A stretch of DNA of 64,000 nucleotides from Nitrospinales bacterium (GCA_965223795.1 CBDCXL010000002.1:64001-128000), one strand, 5' to 3'; shown: positions 38,975 to 52,197, counted from the stretch's first letter. Numbers and translations are program-made. The notes: generated from the letters alone by a model not told the origin.

Positions 38975-39730
38975 ATGGTCAAGAAAAAAAAGACGAAAAA
39001 AAAGGCTGTGAAAAAGACCACAGCCAAGAAGAAAACTGCCTCCAAAAAGACTGCCAAGACCGGCAAAAAAAAGAAGTCTGCTAAAAAGACCGCTGCCAAA
39101 AAAACCAAATCCAAGGTGAAGAGCAAAGCCAAGGCCGCGAAGAAGAAAACGCCGAAAGCGAAGGCCAAAAAGAAAGCCAGGACGAAAGCGAAAGCCAAGG
39201 CCGCGAAAAAGAAAACGCCGGCGAAACGAAAAGCCCCGAAAAAAGCGGCCAAGGCCAAAAAGAAGTCCGCATCCAAAACACCCGCGAAATCCGCCAAAAA
39301 AGCCAGAGCCGCCAAACCCGAGCCCGAGCCGGAGCCGCCTGAGCCGGACGAACCGCCACCGCCCCCCGAACCGGTCGATTTGACATCGGACCCCGCCGTG
39401 ATGAAGATCTACGAACGGCTGATCCAGAACCGTTCGGAAGTGGTCAAGATGCTGCAGTCCTCGCAGCAGATGGAACGGGATGTGGGGGAGTTGACTTTCA
39501 GCGATGAGATCGATCTGGCGGCGAGCCTGGAGGGAAGGGAGATGATTTTTCAGCTTTCCAGCCGCGACCGCAACGAGCTGAAGTTGATCGAAGAAGCCCT
39601 GTTCAAAATCCAGAAGGGCACTTACGGCATTTGCGAAAACTGCGGCAAGAAAATCGCGATGAAGCGGCTGCAGATTCTGCCGCTCAGCACGCTCTGCATC
39701 GATTGCAAGGAATCCGCCGAAATGGCGTGA
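38975..39730 (+). CDS. dksA: DksA/TraR C4-zinc-finger protein with histone-H1-like Lys/Ala N-terminal extension
   Basis: DEIDLA (DxxDxA), YGICENC...RL...LCIDC; AAGGAGG RBS. Confidence 0.8.
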   Translation: MVKKKKTKKKAVKKTTAKKKTASKKTAKTGKKKKSAKKTAAKKTKSKVKSKAKAAKKKTPKAKAKKKARTKAKAKAAKKKTPAKRKAPKKAAKAKKKSASKTPAKSAKKARAAKPEPEPEPPEPDEPPPPPEPVDLTSDPAVMKIYERLIQNRSEVVKMLQSSQQMERDVGELTFSDEIDLAASLEGREMIFQLSSRDRNELKLIEEALFKIQKGTYGICENCGKKIAMKRLQILPLSTLCIDCKESAEMA

Positions 39731-39741
39731 AGCTCCGCTGC

Positions 39742-42333
<2,592 letters not shown>

Positions 42334-42698
42334 ATGCGGACCGCTTCGTTCTTTACCTATAATTTATGAGCAAGGGCCGTTTTGCGAAAAGGCACACGGG
42401 TGCCCGCTGCAAAACAACCCATCGTTGACATTTTGAGGAATTCAACTCGAATGGAAACCATCCCCTCCCCCGAACCTGACGGTTGGGATCGAACTCATTG
42501 TAACCAAACCGCAAGCGTAATGAAACCACTCTTTTGCGCTGGCGCGGACGATCCAGCTGGGATGGAAAACGGAGATGGAGTTTGCGAATCAAAGAGAAAC
42601 GCCGGGGTTCGCCGCGGCGGGAGACGTTTCAGAAACGCTTCGGGCACGATGCACGGGCACACGCCCGCGCCTGTGCGCACTAAAATCGGGAAAGCGGA

Positions 42699-43628
42699 TC
42701 AGTCTTCGAGGATGTAATTTTTGGGATTGACCGGAACGCCGTTCAGCAGAACTTCGTAATGCAGGTGCGGTCCGGTGCTGCGGCCGGTGTTGCCGACCTT
42801 GGCGATGGGCTGGCCGCGCTTCACGCGGTCTCCCACTTTGACCAGGTGCTTGGAGTTGTGGCCGTAACGGGTGGCGATGCCGTAGCCGTGGCGGATCTCC
42901 ACCATTTTGCCGTAGCCGCTTTCTCGGCCGGCGATGGTGACGGTGCCGTCGGCGGTGGCGCGCACGATGGAACCGCTGCGGGCGCCGATATCCCAGCCTT
43001 CATGTTTTTCTTTCAGGCCGGTGAACGGGGATTTACGGATGCCGAATCCGGAGGTGACCCAGCCGCGGGTCGGCCAGATCGAAGGCGTGGCCGCGAGCAG
43101 GGATTTCTGATTCTTGAAGTATTCGTCCAGCTGCTGGAAGCTGATGGCCTGCACCTTGGCCTGCTGGTTGAGCTGATCGAGATCGATGGAAAGCCGTTCG
43201 ACCATGGACACGGCTTCCCGCTCCAGGGAAGTCGTGAAACTCTGGGACGACAATCCGTACGGGCCGCCCACGCCCCAGTCCTCGGTGGACTTGGACGGCG
43301 ACTCGCCGAGATCCGTGATCACGCGCAGTTTGTTGGCGAAACGGTCCAAACGGGCCATTTCCGTGGAAAAGTCCTTGACCTGCTGGGTGAATTTTTCAAC
43401 CTGGACTTTCTGAATCTTGGATTCGCGCCGCAGTTCCGTGATTTCAACCTGGTCGTTGCGCAGTTGGTTGTAGCTCTTGATGAAATAGACCGAGGAACCG
43501 GCCAGAACCACCAGCAGAACCAGAGAAAAAATGAGCCCAAAGTGGAAATATTTTTTAGGAATGCGAATTTTCTTGGGAGCTTCTGCGGACCCCGGAAACA
43601 ACATCAGGGTATAGTCTTCTTTATTCAC
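42699..43628 (-). CDS. M23-family metallopeptidase with coiled coil
   Basis: HEGWD, YGH, STGPHLHYEV; GTG start at 43628 after GGAGG. Confidence 0.9.
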   Translation of the reverse strand: MNKEDYTLMLFPGSAEAPKKIRIPKKYFHFGLIFSLVLLVVLAGSSVYFIKSYNQLRNDQVEITELRRESKIQKVQVEKFTQQVKDFSTEMARLDRFANKLRVITDLGESPSKSTEDWGVGGPYGLSSQSFTTSLEREAVSMVERLSIDLDQLNQQAKVQAISFQQLDEYFKNQKSLLAATPSIWPTRGWVTSGFGIRKSPFTGLKEKHEGWDIGARSGSIVRATADGTVTIAGRESGYGKMVEIRHGYGIATRYGHNSKHLVKVGDRVKRGQPIAKVGNTGRSTGPHLHYEVLLNGVPVNPKNYILED

Positions 43629-43854
43629 CCCGCCCTCCTGCAACTGTGATCAGACTTTATGACTAAAAATCCTTGCACAACCCTCCAATCCCGTAAACTA
43701 GCTTTGAAGCCTTTTGATGTCAACCTTAAATTGGGTTGTGCGCGTGTGACGAAAACATCAATGCGAAGTGATCCGCTCGATCCTTTGTTTTTTGCGAATC
43801 GTCCGCACAAAAATCCGATTTCTTTTTTCAGGCAGCAAGAAGCGGTTTTTCAAA

Positions 43855-44754
43855 TCAATTTACCTTCTCGCGCGCCTGAATGTGATTGGGATTGATTTTC
43901 AAAACGTCGCGAAAATACGACTGCGCTTTTTCGGTCTCGCCCTTTTCCTCGTGCAGCAGACCGAGACTGAAATAGGCCGGAACCAATCCCTGCCTGTATT
44001 CGATTTCCTGAAACACATCCGCCATCTGAGCAAACCGGTCGATGGCCTCGTCCAGTTTTCCGGCGGCGTACAGCCTGAATCCTTCCTGGCGCAGGGTTCT
44101 CCCTATGGACCGGCCATAACCCCGCGCCAGGAGGGATCGACCTTCCTTGACATGTTCCCTAAACTCTGCAAAAAACAAGCCATAACTCCCCTTTTCCCGG
44201 TATATTTCACCTAAGTTGTTGTAAAACATAGGTTTTTTTGGCTCCAGGCGGATGGCCTCCTTCACCGATTTTATGGCATAAGTGTATGATTTTGTGCGCG
44301 CTAGGGATGCCCCCAGGTTGTTCCAGGCGAGCGCGTCCCCCGGGTCGCCGCGGGTGGCCCGCTCCAGGTGATTTTGCGCCAGCGCGTCGTCGCCCTCCAG
44401 GTAATGGTGGTAGCCCAAGGCGTACTGCGCCGCGGATGAGGCTGGATTTTCGGCAAGGTATGTCTCGATGAAGGGCACCACCTCCCCTTCCCGGCCCGCG
44501 CCCCGGTAGGACCTTATCAGGCCCCGGAACACCGCGCTGTTCGCGTTCCCAGCCTGAATCAGCGCCTGGTAGGCCGCCAGCGCTTCGGGATATTGTTTTC
44601 GGGCCAGCAGCAACTCCGCCTCCTGGGCGGGGGAAAGCTGCATCCCCGGATGGCCGCCCGGCGGCTGGGCCCCGGTCTCGACGGACCAAAGGCAGCCAAG
44701 CATGCCCAGAAGGGCCAAAAGGCCTCTTATTCTGTTTCGGAGTTTTTGCCTCAT
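43855..44754 (-). CDS. Secreted TPR protein
   Basis: Signal peptide; AWNNLG, FYNNLG, AYFSLG TPR motifs. Confidence 0.8.
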   Translation of the reverse strand: MRQKLRNRIRGLLALLGMLGCLWSVETGAQPPGGHPGMQLSPAQEAELLLARKQYPEALAAYQALIQAGNANSAVFRGLIRSYRGAGREGEVVPFIETYLAENPASSAAQYALGYHHYLEGDDALAQNHLERATRGDPGDALAWNNLGASLARTKSYTYAIKSVKEAIRLEPKKPMFYNNLGEIYREKGSYGLFFAEFREHVKEGRSLLARGYGRSIGRTLRQEGFRLYAAGKLDEAIDRFAQMADVFQEIEYRQGLVPAYFSLGLLHEEKGETEKAQSYFRDVLKINPNHIQAREKVN

Positions 44755-44779
44755 TCTTTAGGCTGCGGGGGGTTCGGGA

Positions 44780-46156
44780 TCAGCCCATCTCTTCGGGAGA
44801 CGGCTCCTCATTTCCCCCCTGCTGGCCGGACAGGTTGTAGAAGCGGGTGTGGTCGTTCTCGAAATGCAGCTTGACGTCGCCGATGGGCCCGTTTCGCTGC
44901 TTGCGGATCAGGATCTCGGCGATGCCGACCTGATCGCCTTCGGGGTTGTACACCTCGTCGCGGTAAATGAACGCGACCACATCGGCGTCCTGCTCGATCG
45001 ATCCGGATTCGCGCAGATCGGACAGCAGCGGCCGTTTGTCGGTGCGGCTTTCGACGCCGCGGCTGAGCTGGGAAAGCGCCACGATGGGCACATTGACTTC
45101 CTTGGCGAGCGCCTTGAGCCCGCGGGAAATCTCCGACACTTCGAGCTGGCGGCTTTCGGTGTTGGCACGGCCGTGCATGAGCTGCAGGTAATCGACGATA
45201 ATGAGGCCGAGTTTCTGCTCCGCCGCCAGCCGCCGGGCGCGGGCGCGGATGTCCAGCGAACTCAAGGCCGGGGTGTCGTCGATGTACATGGCTGCTTCCG
45301 AAAGGCGGCTCGCCGCCTGGGTGAGCTTGGGCCAGTCGCTCTTGGCGAGGTAGCCGGTGCGCAGCTTGGCGGAGTTGATGCGCGCCTCGGCGCACAGCAT
45401 GCGCAGGCCGAGCTGCTCCTTCGACATCTCCAGGCTGAAGATCGCGGTGGGCACCCTTTCGTGCAGGGCCGCGTGCCGGGCGATGTCGAGCGCGAAACTG
45501 GTTTTCCCCATGCTGGGCCGTGCGGCGATGATGACGAGGTCGGAAGGCTGCAGGCCGGCGGTCAGGTTGTCGAGATCGAGAAACCCGGTGCTCACACCGG
45601 TGACCATGCCGGGATTTTCCACCAGCTTCTCGATGGAAACAAAGTTGGATTTGACGACTTCCTGCAGGCTGAAAAAACTGCGGTTGGACCGTTTCTCGGA
45701 AATCTGGAAGATGGACTGCTCGGCGCGGTCGAGGATCTGGTCGACGTCTTCGGCGTTGCTGTAGCTGTCGGTGACGATCTGGGTGGCGGTCTCGATCAGC
45801 TCGCGCAGCACCTTTTTTTCCCGCACGATCTTGGCGTGGTGCAGGACGGCGGTGGCGGTGGGGACGAAGTCTTCGAGAAAATCCAGGTAGTCCATGCCGC
45901 CCACCGCATCGAGCTCGCTCTTCTTGCGCAGCTTCTCGGCCAGTGAGAGCACGTCGATGGGGTCGTTGGCCTCGAAAAGATCCAGCATGGCGATGTAGAT
46001 CTTTTTGTGGCTGGACTTGTAAAAATCCTCCTCGCCGAGGACTTCCAGAGTCTTGGCGACGGCTTCCTGAGATTTGAGGCAGGACGCCAGCACGCTCTGC
46101 TCGGCTTCCATGCTGTAAGGGGGAAGTTTGCTTAACGCAAGGTCCGATACGGCCAT
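44780..46156 (-). CDS. dnaB: Replicative DNA helicase
   Basis: AARPSMGKT, FSLEMS, IVDYLQL, LSQLSR, DLRESGSIEQDAD, KQRNGP. Confidence 0.98.
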   Translation of the reverse strand: MAVSDLALSKLPPYSMEAEQSVLASCLKSQEAVAKTLEVLGEEDFYKSSHKKIYIAMLDLFEANDPIDVLSLAEKLRKKSELDAVGGMDYLDFLEDFVPTATAVLHHAKIVREKKVLRELIETATQIVTDSYSNAEDVDQILDRAEQSIFQISEKRSNRSFFSLQEVVKSNFVSIEKLVENPGMVTGVSTGFLDLDNLTAGLQPSDLVIIAARPSMGKTSFALDIARHAALHERVPTAIFSLEMSKEQLGLRMLCAEARINSAKLRTGYLAKSDWPKLTQAASRLSEAAMYIDDTPALSSLDIRARARRLAAEQKLGLIIVDYLQLMHGRANTESRQLEVSEISRGLKALAKEVNVPIVALSQLSRGVESRTDKRPLLSDLRESGSIEQDADVVAFIYRDEVYNPEGDQVGIAEILIRKQRNGPIGDVKLHFENDHTRFYNLSGQQGGNEEPSPEEMG

Positions 46157-46182
46157 GGGTCTCCTCCCGGGACAAGGTGGAT

Positions 46183-46758
46183 TCAGGAGGTTTCTTCTTT
46201 GCTGTCCTCGCTGGCTTCCTCAGTGTTTTCTTCGGGGGCGGCCGCCGCTTCGGCCGCGTCCGCGGTTTCGGCGGTTTCGTCCGTTTCCGCCGGGGCGGGT
46301 TCGGGCTCGGCCTGTTTGTCCGCGACCACGGAGACCTGGATCCTGGCGGTCACTTCCGGGTGCAGCTTCACCGGGACCTGGTACTCGCCGAGCGCCTTGA
46401 TCGGTTCGGCGGGGGTGATCTTGCGCCGGTCCACCTCGATGCCCTTTCCGCGCAGCGAGTCGGCGATTTCCTGGGTGGTGACGGAACCGTACAGTTTCCC
46501 CTGCTCGCCGACTTTCTTTTTGATGACGCAGGTTTCCTTGCCGATCCGCTCGGCCAGCTCGTTGGCGGCGCCGACGATCTTTTTCAGCTTGCCCTGGACG
46601 ATTTTTTTCTGGTGGTTGAACTGCTTGAGGTTTTTCGGTGTGGCGAGCAGCGCTTTGCCCTGCGGGATCAGGTAATTCCTGCCGTAGCCGTCCTTCACGG
46701 TCACCTCGTCGCCGCAGAAGCCGAGCCCGTCCACGTTTTCTTTCAGTAACAGCTTCAT
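46183..46758 (-). CDS. rplI: 50S ribosomal protein L9 (acidic C-terminal tail)
   Basis: VKDGYGRNYLIPQG, GKLYGSVT, VKLHPEV. Confidence 0.97.
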   Translation of the reverse strand: MKLLLKENVDGLGFCGDEVTVKDGYGRNYLIPQGKALLATPKNLKQFNHQKKIVQGKLKKIVGAANELAERIGKETCVIKKKVGEQGKLYGSVTTQEIADSLRGKGIEVDRRKITPAEPIKALGEYQVPVKLHPEVTARIQVSVVADKQAEPEPAPAETDETAETADAAEAAAAPEENTEEASEDSKEETS

Positions 46759-46794
46759 GTCCCTTTCACTCCGTTGCGTTTGCAGATTGTTTTC

Positions 46795-47754
46795 TCATTC
46801 CGGTTCGTCTTCCGCCGCCGGTTTTTTTCTCAGCTTTCTGAAATCCACCCAGATGTCGAACACGCCCAGTCCTGCAATGAGCCCGATCAGCATGGGCTGG
46901 ATCAGGGTCAGCAGAAAAAACAGCGCCCACAAAAACCGGGGCAGGTTCTTGGCCTCCATGATGTGGATGGCGATGGCCATCCCGTGCAGGAAATAAACCC
47001 ACAGCATCACGAGGAACAGATTCAGGCCCAGTGTTTTCGCTTCTCCCGAAAGCAGGAACACGAACGCGCCGGACAGGATCAACGGCCAGATCCACTGCTC
47101 GTCGAGCACCCATTGGGAAAACTTTCCCTGCGGGAACACCGTCTCGCCGTACAGCCTGCGCCATGCGAGGCGCACCAGGAAAAAATTGATCACGGCGGTC
47201 ATCATCGAACCGACGACGATGAACGCGGGGTACGCCGAGGCAAAGGTGCGGGAGGTGCCTTCGACGAACTCGGTCATCGCGTTCATATCGGCCGGCGCCT
47301 GCCCGGTCTCTTTCAGGGTTTCCATCGACTGATGGAAATGGCTTTCAATCTGCTCCTGAAAAAAATCGGTGACCGATTTCTCCTGGCTGCCGTACAGCAT
47401 CACCAGCAGCAGGATCGACAGCATCGACGAGGCCAGCGTGCTGAACAGCACGCAGCGGTCCATGCTGAACCCGGCTTTGATCGTCTCGGCCATGACGGCG
47501 GCCATGACCGCGTATTCCGCGAAAAACAGGATGGCCTGTCCCGGCCCCATCAGCGTGTACAGGGCGGCGAACACCAGCACCATCAGGATCACGCCCACCT
47601 GCATTCCCCGCTGCAGGTACACGAAAAGCAAGGGGGCCGGAGCGAGAATGCCCGCCAGTATTCCCAGCGGGGGAATCAGCACGACCACGAAAAAAACGGC
47701 CGTGACCAGGATCAGCGGCAGCAGCAGATCCCTTAACTCGGGTTTCTCGGACAA
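46795..47754 (-). CDS. DUF2232/YybS-family membrane protein
   Basis: Multi-TM protein ending GLGVFDIWVDFR; conserved position between rpsR and rplI. Confidence 0.85.
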   Translation of the reverse strand: MSEKPELRDLLLPLILVTAVFFVVVLIPPLGILAGILAPAPLLFVYLQRGMQVGVILMVLVFAALYTLMGPGQAILFFAEYAVMAAVMAETIKAGFSMDRCVLFSTLASSMLSILLLVMLYGSQEKSVTDFFQEQIESHFHQSMETLKETGQAPADMNAMTEFVEGTSRTFASAYPAFIVVGSMMTAVINFFLVRLAWRRLYGETVFPQGKFSQWVLDEQWIWPLILSGAFVFLLSGEAKTLGLNLFLVMLWVYFLHGMAIAIHIMEAKNLPRFLWALFFLLTLIQPMLIGLIAGLGVFDIWVDFRKLRKKPAAEDEPE

Positions 47755-47757
47755 GGT

Positions 47758-47994
<237 letters not shown>

Positions 47995-48047
47995 GTTTTC
48001 CTCTTTGTAAAATCAGAAATTCACGCTTTCTGAAATGAACGTTTGTA

Positions 48048-48458
48048 TTAAAACGGGATGTCGTCTTTGTCGCCGCCGGCTCCCTGCGAGGGCGCGTACT
48101 CTCCGGAGCCTTTGCCTTCGCCGCCACCGCCGGGCTTTCCGAGAAACTGCACGGTGTTCGCCACCACGTCGAGCTTGTTGCGCTTCTGTCCGGCGTCGGT
48201 TTCCCAGGACTGAAAATTGAGACGGCCTTCGACGAACACCGGGCTGCCCTTGTGCAGATACTCGGCGCAGTTTTCCGCCTGCTTGGCCCAGACCGTGATG
48301 TCGACGTAGCAGACTTCGTCTTTCCAGTCGTCTCCCTGCTTGTAACGCCGGTTGACCGCCAACCCGAAGCTGGCGACGGCGGCCCCGCTCGCGGTGTAGC
48401 GCAGTTCCGGATCGCGGGTCAGATTTCCCATCAGCAACACTTTATTGAAAGATGCCAT
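48048..48458 (-). CDS. ssb: Single-stranded DNA-binding protein
   Basis: NKVLLMGNLTRDPELRYT; C-terminal DDIPF. Confidence 0.97.
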   Translation of the reverse strand: MASFNKVLLMGNLTRDPELRYTASGAAVASFGLAVNRRYKQGDDWKDEVCYVDITVWAKQAENCAEYLHKGSPVFVEGRLNFQSWETDAGQKRNKLDVVANTVQFLGKPGGGGEGKGSGEYAPSQGAGGDKDDIPF

Positions 48459-48502
48459 CGGTCACCATCCTGTAGCGGGTTTTGGATTGACGCGCGGTAA
48501 GT

Positions 48503-48898
48503 TCAGCCGTCCGACTTTTCGGCGGCGGCCGGTTTCTTTTCCTCGCCCGGTTTTTCGCCTTCGGGCTCGGATTCCTTTTCTTCATTGACACTGAGGACCC
48601 GCTCCCGTTCCTTTTCCTCCAGCCGGACCACCATATACTTTATGATGGGGTCGAACAGGCGGAATTTTTCCTCGAGGGCGGAAACCTTTTCGTTGTCGCA
48701 GGTGTGGTAAATGTTGAGATAAAACCCGAAGCGGTTTTTCTTCACTCGGTACGCCAGGCGCTTTTTTCCCCATTTATCGACTTTGAGGAACTCGCCGCCC
48801 TGGGCCTTGACCATGTCTTCGATGCTTTTCAGGGCGTCGTCGACCTGGGCTTCGTCATAATCGGGTTTCAGAATCAGAATACTCTGGTAGGTACGCAA
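48503..48898 (-). CDS. rpsF: 30S ribosomal protein S6
   Basis: TTG start after GAGGAGG; YQSILIL, WGKKRLAYRV. Confidence 0.95.
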   Translation of the reverse strand: MRTYQSILILKPDYDEAQVDDALKSIEDMVKAQGGEFLKVDKWGKKRLAYRVKKNRFGFYLNIYHTCDNEKVSALEEKFRLFDPIIKYMVVRLEEKERERVLSVNEEKESEPEGEKPGEEKKPAAAEKSDG

Positions 48899-48900
48899 AT

Positions 48901-48957
48901 GGACCTCCTCGTGAGTTGTGCCGTGAGCCCTGACCTCTTTGAGCCAGAGCGAGGGGG
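48901..48957 (-). promoter_or_regulatory. Candidate rpsF leader RNA (S6:S18-type autoregulation)
   Basis: CCCCCTCG can pair with the SD-containing CGAGGAGG and encloses the hairpin GCTCTGGCTC/GAGGTCAGGGC. Confidence 0.45.
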
Positions 48958-49032
48958 TTGATCGATTGAAATTTTTCCAGATTCTGGCACAGGAACCGGT
49001 TAAAATCAAGCGAATTCAATGCGGAGTGCGTC

Positions 49033-50217
49033 TTGCAAAACCTTCTCTACTTACAAGGGGTTAGCGTATTTTCCCCAGGCCGGAAACAGGGACCGGCGGC
49101 CGCGGCTTTGTGGCTTTCCGTCTGCCTGCTTTTCGCCGCCTGCGATATGAAACTGCCCAAGCCGCCGCCGGACCTGTTTTACAAGTTCAACGTGCTGCCG
49201 GTGGGACAGGGGCCGTCGGATCTATTGACCCTGGATCTCAACCGCGACGGCCAGGCGGACATCGTTTCGGCGAACGCGAAAAACAGCTCGCTGTCGATCC
49301 TGTACGGCAAGGGGGACGGCACTTTCCTCCCCACGGAGAACCTGGCGGTGCCGCTGGAACCCACCCGGCTGGCGGCGGGGGATATCAACGGCGACGGGCT
49401 GCTGGACCTTGCGGTCAACTCGCGCGGCACGCATTCGCTGACAATTTTATTACAACGGGTGAACGGGTCGTTCCGCCGGGTGAAGCCGGTGCCCACGGGC
49501 CGGGTGCCGCTGGCGGTGATCCTCGACGATTTCAACGGCGACGGCCGCCTCGACGCGGCGGTCACGCTGACGTTCGACAAGCTGGAGATCCACCTGGGCA
49601 ACGGCGACGGCACGTTCAAGATGGGCGCAACCTACTACACCGGGTCGCGGTCGTTCTCGGGCGTGTCCGGCGATTTCAACGGCGACGGCAACCGCGACAT
49701 CGCGGCGGCGGCGACCAGCTCCGGCGCCAGCTCGCTGCGCGTGTTCTGGGGCAACGGCGACGGCACCTTTCAGAAACCGCTCAGGCTGGTCGAGGGGTTG
49801 ATGCCGCTTGCGGTCACGGCGCACGACATGAACGCGGACGGCAAGGAGGACCTCATCGTCGGCGCGGGCCAGGGCGACAATATGTACCTGATCCTGTCCA
49901 ACGGCGACGGCACGTTTCAAAAGGAGACCGCCTTTTCCGGCGGCGGCGGGCCGATCTCGCTGGTCGCCGAGCATTTCAACGACGATACGCTGATGGACGT
50001 GGCGGTGGCCAACTCGCGCAGCAGCAGCTTTTCCCTCATCATCCGCAGGCCGGACGGCCGGTTCCGCTACCCCACGCGGGATTACATAGTGGAAGGCGGC
50101 ACGCCGCTCGCCATCACCAGCGGCGACTACAACGACGACGGCATGGCGGACATCGCGGTCTCCAGCAACGCCTACCACACGGTGGAAGTGTACCTCCGGC
50201 GCCGGATCTTGCAGTGA
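49033..50217 (+). CDS. FG-GAP/VCBS-repeat beta-propeller lipoprotein
   Basis: Repeated GD.NGDG..D and GNGDGTF units; lipobox-like FAAC. Start uncertain. Confidence 0.85.
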   Translation: MQNLLYLQGVSVFSPGRKQGPAAAALWLSVCLLFAACDMKLPKPPPDLFYKFNVLPVGQGPSDLLTLDLNRDGQADIVSANAKNSSLSILYGKGDGTFLPTENLAVPLEPTRLAAGDINGDGLLDLAVNSRGTHSLTILLQRVNGSFRRVKPVPTGRVPLAVILDDFNGDGRLDAAVTLTFDKLEIHLGNGDGTFKMGATYYTGSRSFSGVSGDFNGDGNRDIAAAATSSGASSLRVFWGNGDGTFQKPLRLVEGLMPLAVTAHDMNADGKEDLIVGAGQGDNMYLILSNGDGTFQKETAFSGGGGPISLVAEHFNDDTLMDVAVANSRSSSFSLIIRRPDGRFRYPTRDYIVEGGTPLAITSGDYNDDGMADIAVSSNAYHTVEVYLRRRILQ

Positions 50218-50231
50218 ACGGAAAGGCGTCT

Positions 50232-50260
50232 GACAGGATGAACGGGATGAAAGCGGAAAA
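50232..50260 (+). repeat. GACAGGAT-type short repeat, copy 1
   Basis: GACAGGATGAACGGGATGAAAGCGGAAAA; related copies at 52165, 52243 and (inverted) 53559-53612. Confidence 0.6.
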
Positions 50261-50422
50261 ATTCGTATAATGACCCGATTCAAAGAAAAACGAAGGATCG
50301 AAGCGGCGATCGCACAGCAAAACCAATAAAAGTAGCTTAAGATTGGGGTTGCCCGGGGTTCTGCATGACCGCTTCTGACGACTCGAAGCGGACATTTTTT
50401 TGAAGAAAGGAAATTTTAAATT

Positions 50423-51316
50423 ATGCCAGGAAACAGTCGAATCGGCATTGTAGGCGTTGGCCGCATGGGGTCCAATATGGCCCGGCGTCTCAAAGATCAG
50501 GGTTTTGTCATCACTGCGGTCCAGGATCTCCACGCTCCGGCAGCGGAAGCATTGGCAAAGGAACTTTCCTGCGAGCAGGCTGCGACGCCGGCGTGCGTCG
50601 CGGAATTAAGCGATGTCGTGCTGACTGTGGTTTCCAATGACGCGGCAATGGGTGAGATTTTCGCGGAAGAAAAACCCACCAGCCTGCTTTGCCATGCCAG
50701 GGGCAGATTATTTATCAATTTCGCAACGGTCAGCCCCGAAACACACATCAAAACGGAAGCCCGCGTCGAGAGTAAAGGCGGAACCAACCTGGAAGCGTTG
50801 ATGGCCAGCAGTATCACCCAGGCACGCGAAGGCACTCTCTATCTTATGTGCGGCGGGAAAAAGCCGGTCTTTGAACAGGCTCGAACAATACTTGAGGCAA
50901 TGAGCTCCAGGCTTCTCTATGTCGGCCCCGCGGGTGACGCGGCAAAGGTCAAAGCCCTCGTCAATATGGTCATGAACAGCAACACCGCCGCGTTGGCGGA
51001 AGGCCTGGGGCTCGGAGACGCCCTTTCGCTGGATCTGACAATGCTTCGTGAGGTCTTTGGTCAGACCGGTGCGGCCTCGCGCGTTCTTGAAACGGACGGC
51101 GAAGACATGCAAATTCGGGATCATGAATGCTATTTCTCCGCCGCGCATGCGGCCAAGGATTCCGGAATCGCCCTCGACCTGGCGCGATCCGCAGGATTGA
51201 AGCTGCCGATAGCACAAGCCACTTTCGATCAATACCAGCGTCTCGTCGAAGCGGGTAAGGGAGAACTGGACAAGTCGGCTGTGGCGGAACTGGTGTTTAA
51301 AGGAAGAATGCAATAA
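50423..51316 (+). CDS. Beta-hydroxyacid dehydrogenase family NAD(P)-dependent oxidoreductase
   Basis: GIVGVGRMGSNMA, LMCGG, KVKALVN, AAKD. Confidence 0.88.
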   Translation: MPGNSRIGIVGVGRMGSNMARRLKDQGFVITAVQDLHAPAAEALAKELSCEQAATPACVAELSDVVLTVVSNDAAMGEIFAEEKPTSLLCHARGRLFINFATVSPETHIKTEARVESKGGTNLEALMASSITQAREGTLYLMCGGKKPVFEQARTILEAMSSRLLYVGPAGDAAKVKALVNMVMNSNTAALAEGLGLGDALSLDLTMLREVFGQTGAASRVLETDGEDMQIRDHECYFSAAHAAKDSGIALDLARSAGLKLPIAQATFDQYQRLVEAGKGELDKSAVAELVFKGRMQ

Positions 51317-51327
51317 AGGGAGCGACA

Positions 51328-52197
51328 ATGGCACTCGAAGATGAATTGGGAGATATTTTACAAAAGGCCCGGGATGGAAAAGCCTGGTCTCTGGACGACC
51401 TTGTTCGCGCAACGGACCTTTCGGTGGACGACCTCCGGCAGATAGAACGTTATCAACTGACGCCGGAGGATGCGGATGTCTTGAAGCTGGCGCAGGCTTT
51501 GGGTCTGGATGGACCGGCCTTGATCGACATTGCCCGGGAACGCTGGGAACCCGACAAACCCGCCGATGATCCGGATTTCGATCTGGTCTGCCTGAATGTA
51601 TTCATGGGCGAGTACCCGGTAAATTGCTACCTGCTGCGCTGCAAGGCAACGGGAGAAACTGCGGTGGTGGACACGGGAGCAAACCCGAAAACCATCATCC
51701 GCAAAGCCCGGGAAATGGGGGTTCGGCCCGGCAAGATTTTATTGACCCATGCCCACCCGGATCACGCAGGCGGCCTGGGAGAACTCAGCGATGCTTTCAA
51801 CTGCCCTACCTATATCGACCATAAAGAGCCCAGGCCCAAAGGAAGCGACGACTTTAAAATTGTCAAGGAAGGGGATGAAATAACGCTGGGCAATTTGCGA
51901 ATCCAGTGCATTGAAACGCCCGGTCATACAGCAGGCGGGGTTTCTTACCTGATAAACCAGACCCTGCTATCGGGGGATGTGATTTTCGCAGGGTCCATGG
52001 GACGTGCCAATTCCTCGTGGGAAGACCTGTTTAATTCCATCACCCGAAAGGTATTGCGCTTGCCCGATGCGACGGGCATTCACCCCGGCCACGGTCCCGC
52101 GACCACCGTGGGGCAGGAGAAACATCACAATCCGTTTTTTAAAGGACGCGTGGGGAATGATGCAGACGGGATGGGCGGGATAAAAGCGAAAACCTGA
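51328..52197 (+). CDS. MBL-fold hydrolase with N-terminal HTH-like domain
   Basis: THAHPDHAG, TPGHT, SGD, HPGHGP. Confidence 0.88.
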   Translation: MALEDELGDILQKARDGKAWSLDDLVRATDLSVDDLRQIERYQLTPEDADVLKLAQALGLDGPALIDIARERWEPDKPADDPDFDLVCLNVFMGEYPVNCYLLRCKATGETAVVDTGANPKTIIRKAREMGVRPGKILLTHAHPDHAGGLGELSDAFNCPTYIDHKEPRPKGSDDFKIVKEGDEITLGNLRIQCIETPGHTAGGVSYLINQTLLSGDVIFAGSMGRANSSWEDLFNSITRKVLRLPDATGIHPGHGPATTVGQEKHHNPFFKGRVGNDADGMGGIKAKT

